Origin: Fimbriimonadales bacterium
Lineage (GTDB): Bacteria > Armatimonadota > Fimbriimonadia > Fimbriimonadales > GBS-DC
Length of the DNA stretch: 64,000 nucleotides
Direction of reading: 5' to 3'
Assembly (NCBI GenBank): GCA_025061985.1
Contig: JANXAW010000027.1
Coordinates: 4,499-68,498, forward strand
The notes below the pieces were generated by a model. It was not told the origin of the DNA and ran no database searches. It saw only the letters and a program-made list of their open reading frames with translations. Positions 7,892-16,211 of the stretch are shown here, piece after piece; within the stretch, counting starts at the first letter, position 1, and each line of letters begins with the position of its first letter. The position numbers and the translations under genes were made by a program.

Positions 7892-9706
7892 GTGAAGGAG
7901 GAGTGTAGCGTGAAAGCAGGGACGAAACGGATTTGGACAACGCGCACCACGTGGCTTGGCGTTTTGAGCACGATAGCCATAAGCGTGCTGTATCCTTACA
8001 GCGCTGCTCGCGCTCTCGCCCAGCAACTGGTGCAACTGCCTCGGATTGCAGTGCTGGATTTTGAAAACAAAAGTGGCTACGGCGGCGCCAGCATCGCACG
8101 CGCTGCTACGGACGCCGTTGCGGGCGAGTTCCAAAAACTACGCAAGTACGAGGTCTTAGCACGCGGTGAGGTGGAGCAACAGCTAAAAGACTTAGACCTT
8201 GCGCCACCCCTTGACCGCACGGGCTTTCTGCGATTGGGACGCGCCTTGCAAGTGGAGTCGATCGTTACAGGCGAAGTGAACGTTGTGAACTTTGTGGGCA
8301 GCCCCAAGCAAGCCCAAGTTGTGCTCACCGTGCGCGTGATCGATGTCGCCTCAGGCGAACCTGTCAATGGGGCGGTCGCTACAGGCTACAGCAACCGCCG
8401 CCCCGGCTATAGCGGGGATGATGACACCTTAGTGCAGGAAGCCGTGCGCAATGCTGCTTTTGAAGCAGTGCGCACCATCAACAACTACACCATCCCCGAA
8501 GCGACAGTGCTAACCACGCGCGCGGGCAAAGAGGTACTCCTCAATCGCGGCATCCGCGGTGGACTGCAACCAGGCATGGAGATGATCGTCATCCGCCGCG
8601 GCGAGGAAGTAGGGCGCATCCGTGTGGTACAAGTGTCTGATAGCGATGCCATAGCTGAGATTATCGACTTTGGACGCGGTATTCAAAGCGAAGACCGCGC
8701 ACGCGCTATTTTCCGCGTGCCGACTGTGCGAGTGAAGCCAAGTGGTAGAGTAGTCACTGAGCGTCCGCGTCCGCGTGGGCAGGGTAATCCGCTGTTGCGC
8801 GCGCTCGGTCCCCTGTTGGTGGTTGGGCTGATTGCGTTCGGAGTTGCCCGCGCTGCCTCGGGGGGCAATACGCCCGTAGAGCGCGTGATCGCCGAAGCGG
8901 GCGCCGATGCCAACTTCGAACCGTTTATCCGTGTCCGATGGAACACAACCCTCTTTGCGAAAAGCGGTCCAGACCTCTTCCAGTGGCAAATCTATCGCTC
9001 CGATGTCATCGGCACGGATGAGAACGGTCAGCTCCGCCCCGTTGGCGTGACACCGGGCAATCAGAACTTCTTCATTGATACCACGGTGCCACGCGCTTTC
9101 GTGTATGTAAGCGCGCCTCGCCTGCGCGAGGGCATCGAGGACCCCGATTTCGTAGAGGTCGGTGAGGACTCACCCGCGCCTGGCGTTGCGCCCGGACGCT
9201 CCTACACCTACCAAGTAGCGCTTGTTTACCGCGAGCAGCGGTTCGCAGATGGGCAAACAATTACCCTGTTTCGCATCACTGACCGCGTGCGCTCGGGACA
9301 GGCAACAGCAATTGCCCCTGTGGTGCTGCTGGAACCTGTGCAACGCAGCGAAGATGTCAATCCAAGGTCCGTGCGCTTCAGCTGGTTAGCTGCGGAAGGG
9401 GCTAACGCTTACCGTGTGGAAGTTTCGCTTGACCCCACCTTCCGTAACCGCGCACATACCTTCGTCTCGGACGAGATTCTTTCTACCGCTGCTGGGGGCA
9501 CGCCTGTTTCCACGGAAAACATCAATCTTGAGTCTGCTTTCTTAGCGCGCTTAGGATTGGTAGGGCGGCGCGTAACGCTCTACTGGCGTGTGGGGGCTCG
9601 CAACCTCTCGGATGACCCCGGTCCCATTCCTGGTCCCGGCGGGCTGCGCTATGTGTGGAGCCGCCCGTTTGAGTTCACTACGCAAGAGCTGCCCCCTGCC
9701 CCCTAA
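7892..9706 (+). CDS. membrane-anchored protein: CsgG/LpoB/TolB-N-like domain, SH3-like barrel, hydrophobic segment and two FN3-like domains
   Basis: The probable true start is GTG 7910, 6 nt after GGAGGAG. After a signal-like segment comes LPRIAVLDFENKSGYGG...YEVLARGEVEQQL...ESIVTGEV...VVLTVRVIDVASGEPV, which is the classic CsgG/LpoB/FlgO-type pattern. Then PLLRALGPLLVVGLIAFGVARAA, followed by FN3-like VRFSWLAAEGANAYRVEVS. Confidence 0.8.
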   Translation: MKEECSVKAGTKRIWTTRTTWLGVLSTIAISVLYPYSAARALAQQLVQLPRIAVLDFENKSGYGGASIARAATDAVAGEFQKLRKYEVLARGEVEQQLKDLDLAPPLDRTGFLRLGRALQVESIVTGEVNVVNFVGSPKQAQVVLTVRVIDVASGEPVNGAVATGYSNRRPGYSGDDDTLVQEAVRNAAFEAVRTINNYTIPEATVLTTRAGKEVLLNRGIRGGLQPGMEMIVIRRGEEVGRIRVVQVSDSDAIAEIIDFGRGIQSEDRARAIFRVPTVRVKPSGRVVTERPRPRGQGNPLLRALGPLLVVGLIAFGVARAASGGNTPVERVIAEAGADANFEPFIRVRWNTTLFAKSGPDLFQWQIYRSDVIGTDENGQLRPVGVTPGNQNFFIDTTVPRAFVYVSAPRLREGIEDPDFVEVGEDSPAPGVAPGRSYTYQVALVYREQRFADGQTITLFRITDRVRSGQATAIAPVVLLEPVQRSEDVNPRSVRFSWLAAEGANAYRVEVSLDPTFRNRAHTFVSDEILSTAAGGTPVSTENINLESAFLARLGLVGRRVTLYWRVGARNLSDDPGPIPGPGGLRYVWSRPFEFTTQELPPAP

Positions 9707-9722
9707 ATCCATACGCTCTTAC

Positions 9723-9751
9723 GCGGGACGCTGGCGAAACCAGCGCCCCGC
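9723..9751 (+). promoter_or_regulatory. intergenic hairpin between cluster genes 2 and 3 (possible attenuator or processing site)
   Basis: GCGGGACGCTGG / CGAAA loop / CCAGCGCCCCGC gives a 12-bp stem with one mismatch. There is no T-run. It sits 44 nt before ATG 9795. Confidence 0.35.
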
Positions 9752-9794
9752 ATGAGCGTACCTACAAAATGGCTATTATCAGGAGGAACCGTTT

Positions 9795-12743
9795 ATGAAG
9801 TGGATGTGGCGCTGGTGGATCGGTTTGGTAATCGCCCTGCATGGGGCGAGTGCGCAAACGCTTACGCCAGAGGATGTAATCAAGGGCGAAATCATCGTGC
9901 GCCTCAAGCCCGGACGTACCATAGACACCGCCCGCGCAATCGCTAACCTTATCAACGCCGAAGCAACCCCCATCCTTGTCCAGGACACTTATCGTCTGCG
10001 CTTGCGCAACATACACCAACTTTCCGATGAAGACGCCCTCCGAGCCGTGCAATCGGCTATTCAGCAGCTGGCACAGCACCCTGACGTGCTCTACGTTGAC
10101 CCTAACTACCGCTGCATAATGCTGGACCGTCCAAATGACCCCTTGTTCCCTGAGCAGTGGGCGCTGCAAATGATGCGTCTGCCAGCAGCGTGGGACATTC
10201 AAAAAGGAGACCCGCGCATCCGCATGGCGTTTATCGACGACAATTTCCAGCGCTCGCATCCCGATTTGCGGAATGTGTTCGATGCGCTTTCGCGCAACTT
10301 TGCAGCTGACCCCCCCAACACAAACATTGACCCAGAAACCCCCGGCTTTTCTCACGGCACTTCCACCGTGGGCGTAGCAGCGGCAATCACTGACAATGGT
10401 ATCGGTATCGCGGGGCTAACATGGCAACGCGCCCTCCCCGACGATGCATCCATCAAGCCCGTAGTGGCACTCAAAGTCGAGGCGCGCGCCGACACATCCT
10501 TTCTCGACTACAGCAACATCTTAGAAGCCTACCAGTACGTCATTGATAACGCCTCACAGATCTTTGTGCTCAACATGAGCTATGGACGTCTTTTCTACTC
10601 TTCCCACGAGAACTCGCTCATCCAAGCGATTTACCAACGCGGTATTGTGCCGGTTGCCGCTGCGGGCAACTTTAACAGCGACATTCCAATGTACCCTGCG
10701 AACTATCCCAACGTTGTGTCTGTGGCAGCGGTAGGGCGAACCGGGGCGCGTGCTTCCTACTCTAACTACGGCAATATCGACCTGGCTGCGCCTGGGGGTG
10801 ATCAAGCCAGGGGCTATACCGACGGGGTGCTAACTACCTCGTCCACCGTACTGCAATACGAGTATGTGCAAGGTACCTCATACGCAGCGCCTTACGTGAC
10901 TGCAGCGATCGCATTGTTGCTGGCTGCGGGGGTGCCGCGCCACGCTTCCGATGCTGTGGAGCCTGCTGCGGTAACCATCCTCAAGGAGACCGCTGACCCG
11001 CGTGGACGCTCCGTACCCGACCCCGAGCTGGGGTTTGGCATTATAGATTTGGAGCAAGCTCTCAGGGGCGCAGGGCGAGTTAATATCGCCTTCCTCGAGC
11101 CCGAAGCAGGAGCCAGCTTCGACTCGCGACGAGTGCGCGTGCAGGTTGAAGTGCGCCGCGTGTTGGGCAACAATCCTGCCAACATCCGGCGCGTCCTGCT
11201 CAACGACCAACCGCTTCCGCGCGATTTGTGGGAGCCGACCGCCCGAGTAGATGTCGAGCGCAAACTGATCCTTCTCGACTTTGTTGTTGAGGTGCCAGGT
11301 GCGGGCGCTTACACCATTGTAGTGGAAGCTATTGGTCAAGATGAGCGGCTGGGGACAAATAGCGTGCGGTTTGCCGTGCGGGCGCGCCAGCAGATGGAAG
11401 GTCTTGCGATGTTTTCTACTCCTTACCAGCTGGAGCGCACCCCCGAAGAGTTGTTTGGCGCGGACGTGATCTTAGCGCGCTACATTCCTAGCGCAGGCAC
11501 CTACGCGCGCTACACTGTGGCGAACCGAGACCCGCGCGCCAGCTTCAACCCGCCTGGCGTTGGCGTTCGTCCCGATGGCTCCGATCGCCCCACCCCACCT
11601 CGTGGGCTGGGCTACTTCTTGCGCATCACCTCACCCGCCAGCCTGTTGGGCAATGAAGTCATTGACCTGAACACAGCCTACCTGATCCCGCTGGAAGAGG
11701 GCTGGAACATGATTGGCAACCCCTTCCCGTTCAACGTGCCGTGGGCAGCGTGTGAGGTGGAAATCACAGGCTTGGGCGGACAACGCCAACGCATCACCTT
11801 AGAGGAGGCAGTGCGCCGCGAGATTATCCGCCCACAGATTTACCGCTATGTCCCGCTCACCGGTGAATACACGTGGCGCACCGCACCGCTGGGCGAGCTG
11901 CTAGCATGGCAAGCGCACTGGGTCAAGGCGCTCAAGCCGTGCACGCTGGTGGTTCCACCCGTAGGAAGCAAACGCAGCCGTGCCGAAACCGAACCATCGC
12001 GAGCGGCTCCCAACCCAACTGACGGGTGGCTACTCCGACTCATCGCGCGCTGCGGCGACCGTGAAGACGCGAACAACTTCATCGGAACCGCTTCTCAAGC
12101 GCAGGAAGGCATCGGCAACGAGGACGTCGAAAAACCACCCGCTTTTGAGTCCTACGTAGCACTGGTGCTTCGCGAACCCCGCTCGCGCAGCGCGTTGGCG
12201 CAAGATGTACGCCCTGCTAGCAAACGAACCCAGCGATGGGAACTCGAAGTCACCACCGACCAGCCGAACGCCGAAGTGACGCTGCAGTGGGTGCAAGAGG
12301 TGCCTCTACCCAGAGGCGTGCGCTTGACCCTTATTGACCAAGCTACAGGCGAGCGCGTCTCGATGCAGCAGCATAGCGCATATCGGTTCCGCACCGATGA
12401 ACAAAGCCGACGTCGCCTTGTTATAGAAGCGCAGCCCGCGCGCACAGCACGCCTGCAAATCACCAACATCTCTATCACCCAATCACGGGGCGGACAGTTT
12501 GTCATCCAATATGCCCTCAGTGACGCGGCTGAAGTGCAAGTGCTAGTGCAAGATGCAACGGGACGCACCATCGCACGTCTACAAGGAGGGAACCGCACTG
12601 CAGGGGTAAGCACCGTGAGCTGGAACGGGCGTACCGATGCAGGAGTAGCCGTGCCGCCAGGTGCCTACCATCTGCAGATTGTGGCAACCACAGCGGAAGG
12701 CGAAACTGTGCGCGTCGTGCGCCCGCTGATAGTCACCCGCTAA
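9795..12743 (+). CDS. secreted subtilisin-like serine protease (peptidase S8) carrying the shared C-terminal module
   Basis: SD AGGAGG at 9780-9785. The protein has a signal peptide and an I9-like propeptide. The catalytic motifs are AFIDDN (Asp), HGTSTVGVAAA (His) and GTSYAAPYVTAAIALL (Ser). The C-terminus reads GWNMIGNPFPF ... VSWNGRTDAGVAVPPGAYHLQI ... RPLIVTR. Confidence 0.9.
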   Translation: MKWMWRWWIGLVIALHGASAQTLTPEDVIKGEIIVRLKPGRTIDTARAIANLINAEATPILVQDTYRLRLRNIHQLSDEDALRAVQSAIQQLAQHPDVLYVDPNYRCIMLDRPNDPLFPEQWALQMMRLPAAWDIQKGDPRIRMAFIDDNFQRSHPDLRNVFDALSRNFAADPPNTNIDPETPGFSHGTSTVGVAAAITDNGIGIAGLTWQRALPDDASIKPVVALKVEARADTSFLDYSNILEAYQYVIDNASQIFVLNMSYGRLFYSSHENSLIQAIYQRGIVPVAAAGNFNSDIPMYPANYPNVVSVAAVGRTGARASYSNYGNIDLAAPGGDQARGYTDGVLTTSSTVLQYEYVQGTSYAAPYVTAAIALLLAAGVPRHASDAVEPAAVTILKETADPRGRSVPDPELGFGIIDLEQALRGAGRVNIAFLEPEAGASFDSRRVRVQVEVRRVLGNNPANIRRVLLNDQPLPRDLWEPTARVDVERKLILLDFVVEVPGAGAYTIVVEAIGQDERLGTNSVRFAVRARQQMEGLAMFSTPYQLERTPEELFGADVILARYIPSAGTYARYTVANRDPRASFNPPGVGVRPDGSDRPTPPRGLGYFLRITSPASLLGNEVIDLNTAYLIPLEEGWNMIGNPFPFNVPWAACEVEITGLGGQRQRITLEEAVRREIIRPQIYRYVPLTGEYTWRTAPLGELLAWQAHWVKALKPCTLVVPPVGSKRSRAETEPSRAAPNPTDGWLLRLIARCGDREDANNFIGTASQAQEGIGNEDVEKPPAFESYVALVLREPRSRSALAQDVRPASKRTQRWELEVTTDQPNAEVTLQWVQEVPLPRGVRLTLIDQATGERVSMQQHSAYRFRTDEQSRRRLVIEAQPARTARLQITNISITQSRGGQFVIQYALSDAAEVQVLVQDATGRTIARLQGGNRTAGVSTVSWNGRTDAGVAVPPGAYHLQIVATTAEGETVRVVRPLIVTR
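11394..12740 (+). repeat. copy 2 of the shared C-terminal module
   Basis: Aligns with 6614-7882 and 14173-15462. Shared motifs are GWNMIGNPFPF, WLLRLIARC, EVTLQWV, LTLIDQATGERV, YRFRT, and the FlgD-Ig-like end. Confidence 0.8.
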
Positions 12744-12765
12744 GCACGAAGGAGGCAAGTACGCT

Positions 12766-15465
12766 ATGAAACGATGGATTTACGCACTTATTTTGAGCAG
12801 CGGTATCAGCTCGATGGCGATTGCGCAGGGCGGAGAATACAACCCCTTCGTGGGGGTTTGTGTGTGCCCTAACAGCCAAAATCCCGTTAGTGATGACTAC
12901 TACGACATTAGGATCAACAACGGGGTTTTGGGAGCGACTTTAGGGATCAGCGGTACCGTAACATGGCGTACGGGTTGCTTCCCGCTAGAACGAACGGAAT
13001 GTACTACGCGCCCTGCGCAAGGGAGCATCCAGATTGGTACTGCCGATGGAAGCTCCCTCATTCAGGGCGATGAGAGCGTTGCGCTCACCTCAGGCTACCC
13101 GTGGGGGGTCTACCCAGGCGGGATCTATATCTCTCTGCAAACGCGCCGCGAGGGGCAGACCCAAACCTTCGTGTGGGGACGCGAAGAGGGAGCGCCCGGC
13201 TTGCGCTTCTCCCAAGCGTGGGCTGGGGCTAGTGGCTTTTACATTCGCCAAATCTGGAACATTGAAGGTTGGGATACTGACCTGCGCATTGACCTAATAC
13301 AATCTGTGGCACGGATTAGTCTGCGCGTGCGCAATGTAGGCGACACCGCTGCTTCGATGGCACTTCGCCTCGCCTCCGACGTGGAAGTAGGTGTAGAGGC
13401 GGGATTCGAGCGCTCCGGTGCCTCTCGACCACCGTATGTTTACGTGCATGGGCAGCGCCCAATAAAGGTCTACACAGACCTGCGCGGGGTACAAATCCCC
13501 AACGCAATAGAGTTTTATCTGGGGCGAGGGATTTTGGCTGGCTCCTCACGCTACCTCCTACGCCCCACCAAAGGCTTCGAGGACCAAACACCTATTGACC
13601 GCTTAGTAATCGGCGACTGGTTCTATGTGCAGGGCACACGCATCTGGGAGCCTACCCTATTCCCTGACGTCTACATCGGGGACGTCGCTATCAACATGTT
13701 TGTGAGCCCGCGCAACTTTGCACCGGGGCAGCAACGCGAGTTCGTGTTCTACATCATGCTTACCCCTGTAGACGTTGACGTGCAACCTCCTGTGGCGGTA
13801 AGCTTAGAGGCGCTGCCGGTGGTGGAGCCCGACCTTGAGGATCTAACAAAGCTCGCAAACAACGGCGAGTTCGTCCTCGTGGCAAACGTGACTAACCAGT
13901 ACTTTGTTGTAGGACGCGAAATTGACCTTACGGACATCTCCGTAGATATCGCGCTACCTCCAGGTGTCTCGTTGGCACCTGGGCAGCGACGCGCTCAAAC
14001 AATTGAGCGCCTTGCCCCCGGTCAAACGGGCTCAGTGAGATGGCGTGTGATCGCAGACCCCACTACAGTCGGGTTTGTCACCTTCCGCGTTGCTGTGCAG
14101 GCGCCTCCTGCACCACCAAAAACGGTCTTGCGCACTGTGCTCATCTCCGCTACTGCCAGCCGCAAGTTCGAAAGCGGCTTCCAGATGGTCTCTATCCCGT
14201 TTGAGGTCAGAGGAGATGTTAGGGACGTATTTTCGACCCTTCCGTCAGCTTTTCAGGTGAAGCGTTGGAACCCTGAGCGCGAGACCTATGAGATTCCTGA
14301 GGTGGTCCGCCCGGGCGAGGGGTTCTGGGTGTACCTACCAACGCCCTCAATTGTGGCATCGTACAATACTGAGTTTCTGCGCTTCCCTGAAAATGTGTTT
14401 AGCCAGAGTGTGCCCGTACCCCTCAAGCGCGGGTGGAACATGATTGGTAACCCCTACCCCTACCCGCTGGTACTGGGGCAGGCAGTGATAGTAAGCTCCA
14501 CAAACCCGCGCCAAAGCATTACCTTCTTTGAGGCGGCGCAACGCGGGATTATCCGTGGCGTGCTTTACTACTGGGATGAGTTCACGGGCGAGTACAAGTT
14601 CACCTCCGACCCAAGCACTCCCCTGCTCCCACATCGGGGTTACTGGATTAAGGTAAATGAGGACATAGAGTTTGTCTATCCGCCGGTGTTCCTACCGGGT
14701 ACGGGGTTCGGCGGTATCCCGCGCAGCGCGCCCGAGCTGCCCAACCGCCCGAATGAGTGGCGCTTGCAAATCGTGGCGCGCACGCAAAAGGGTGTAGACA
14801 CGCAAAACTTTGTTGGCATTACCAGCAGCGCAACCCCTGCGGAAGTTGAAGAGCCGCCTGTGCCCTTGCCCGAGCGAGCCGTTGACCTCGCGATTGTGAA
14901 GCCGGGCACCGGCGCACGACTAATGCAGGAGCTGCGTCCCGTTGCCAACCGCCATCAGTTTGACCTCGTTGTAGAAGCTGAGCCAGGTGAAGAAGTTACG
15001 CTCACCTTCCCCAACTTGAACACTGTACCGCAAGCCTACCGCCTGCGCCTGCTCGACCTAAGCACGGGGCGCGCAATCGACCTACGCACCACGCCCGAGT
15101 ATCGGTTTGTCTCCACTGGGCGTGCCCGTCTGCAGGTCATTGTGGAGCGCGCTGCGCGCACAGGCGCCCTAATCACTAATGTGAGCGTGAGCAGCGCAGG
15201 GCGCGGGGTCAACAGCATCTCCATCACCTACGTGCTGGCAAGCGACGCCCAGACAAGCGTTCAAATCCTCACACCTGATGGGCGTACAATCGCGCACTTG
15301 CAGCGCGGTCGTGCTGCCACGCGTGGCGTGAACACCCTCGCGTGGAACCTGCGCGATGACGAGGGGCGCGCGGTACCTCCCGGAACCTACCATGTGCAGG
15401 TGGAAGCACGTACCGAAGACGGCCAGATCGCGCGCGTAGTACGCCCAGTGGTAGTGACTCGCTAA
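12766..15465 (+). CDS. 899-aa secreted protein of unknown function with a CARDB-like segment and the shared C-terminal module
   Basis: SD AGGAGG lies before ATG 12766. The signal peptide is ILSSGISSMAIAQG. There is a Cys-rich N-terminal stretch and an Ig-like VANVTNQ...IALPPGVSLAPGQ...LAPGQTGSVRWRV segment. The C-terminus reads GWNMIGNPYPY ... LAWNLRDDEGRAVPPGTYHVQV ... RPVVVTR. Confidence 0.85.
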   Translation: MKRWIYALILSSGISSMAIAQGGEYNPFVGVCVCPNSQNPVSDDYYDIRINNGVLGATLGISGTVTWRTGCFPLERTECTTRPAQGSIQIGTADGSSLIQGDESVALTSGYPWGVYPGGIYISLQTRREGQTQTFVWGREEGAPGLRFSQAWAGASGFYIRQIWNIEGWDTDLRIDLIQSVARISLRVRNVGDTAASMALRLASDVEVGVEAGFERSGASRPPYVYVHGQRPIKVYTDLRGVQIPNAIEFYLGRGILAGSSRYLLRPTKGFEDQTPIDRLVIGDWFYVQGTRIWEPTLFPDVYIGDVAINMFVSPRNFAPGQQREFVFYIMLTPVDVDVQPPVAVSLEALPVVEPDLEDLTKLANNGEFVLVANVTNQYFVVGREIDLTDISVDIALPPGVSLAPGQRRAQTIERLAPGQTGSVRWRVIADPTTVGFVTFRVAVQAPPAPPKTVLRTVLISATASRKFESGFQMVSIPFEVRGDVRDVFSTLPSAFQVKRWNPERETYEIPEVVRPGEGFWVYLPTPSIVASYNTEFLRFPENVFSQSVPVPLKRGWNMIGNPYPYPLVLGQAVIVSSTNPRQSITFFEAAQRGIIRGVLYYWDEFTGEYKFTSDPSTPLLPHRGYWIKVNEDIEFVYPPVFLPGTGFGGIPRSAPELPNRPNEWRLQIVARTQKGVDTQNFVGITSSATPAEVEEPPVPLPERAVDLAIVKPGTGARLMQELRPVANRHQFDLVVEAEPGEEVTLTFPNLNTVPQAYRLRLLDLSTGRAIDLRTTPEYRFVSTGRARLQVIVERAARTGALITNVSVSSAGRGVNSISITYVLASDAQTSVQILTPDGRTIAHLQRGRAATRGVNTLAWNLRDDEGRAVPPGTYHVQVEARTEDGQIARVVRPVVVTR
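14173..15462 (+). repeat. copy 3 of the shared C-terminal module
   Basis: Aligns with 6614-7882 and 11394-12740. Shared motifs are GWNMIGNPYPY, RGYWIKV, EWRLQIVAR, EVTLTFP, LRLLDLSTGRAI, YRFVS, and the FlgD-Ig-like end. Confidence 0.8.
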
Positions 15466-15471
15466 CCGTTT

Positions 15472-15493
15472 GGGGCTGGCGCTTGCCAGCCCC
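15472..15493 (+). terminator. GC-rich hairpin after cluster gene 4 (weak terminator or attenuator)
   Basis: GGGGCTGGC / GCTT / GCCAGCCCC forms a perfect 9-bp stem followed by CTTTGTG. The same stem sequence recurs at 56156-56179. Confidence 0.4.
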
Positions 15494-16211
15494 CTTTGTG
15501 GGAGGCACGACAGTGAAACGCATAGGGATTGTGTTGGCGGTAATCGGTCTGCTAACTCAAAATGCACCAGCTCAAACGCGTGAACTGGTGCTGTTTCCTT
15601 TCGGGATCGGTCCTGCAGTCCAGCCCACCGAGGAGTTCAATGTGGGCGTGGAACTGTTGAATGCACTCTATGCCCAACTCAAGCAGATACCGAACCTATA
15701 TGTAGTGCGTTTTCGCGAAACCAATCCCTCCATCCTTCGCGCCCTTGAGGAGAATCGCTTGCGTCGCGATCGATTGGTACCGCCCTTCAATGAGCGCGAA
15801 GCCGACGGTACGTGGCGGGCTGCGCGCATCGGCGCGGTAATGGGCGCGAATCTTGCCTTTGCTGGGCGCATCGAAGAGTTCCGCTACGACCCCCGAACAC
15901 GCGAGGTTACGCTTACCGTTAGCGGCGACCTAATCGATGTTGCGTCAGGCGAAGTGCTACTATCGGTGGCGGAGACGGGGCGGGGGCGTTTAGGCAGCGG
16001 CGAGGAAGACCCCAACCTTGCGCGTATCGCCGCAGTTGCCCAAGCCGCGGAGCGCATTGGTGCTGCAATACGCGCTCGATTAGTGCCTGCTGAACCCTCT
16101 CCAGCAGCCTCCGAGCCACCCAAGCGTGTCGATCAACGGAACGAGCGCGCAGTCTTCTCCTTGTTTATGCTAATCTTGGGTGCATTGTTGGCAGACTATT
16201 CAAACCGTTGA
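15483..16211 (+). CDS. small tail-anchored paralog of the CsgG/LpoB/TolB-N-like protein
   Basis: The probable start is GTG 15513, 7 nt after GGGAGG. Signal peptide IGIVLAVIGLLTQNAPAQ. The domain LVLFPFG...LAFAGRIEEF...VTLTVSGDLIDVASGEVL parallels VVLTVRVIDVASGEPV of the 7892 gene. The C-terminal hydrophobic tail is VFSLFMLILGALLADY. Confidence 0.75.
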   Translation: MPAPFVGGTTVKRIGIVLAVIGLLTQNAPAQTRELVLFPFGIGPAVQPTEEFNVGVELLNALYAQLKQIPNLYVVRFRETNPSILRALEENRLRRDRLVPPFNEREADGTWRAARIGAVMGANLAFAGRIEEFRYDPRTREVTLTVSGDLIDVASGEVLLSVAETGRGRLGSGEEDPNLARIAAVAQAAERIGAAIRARLVPAEPSPAASEPPKRVDQRNERAVFSLFMLILGALLADYSNR

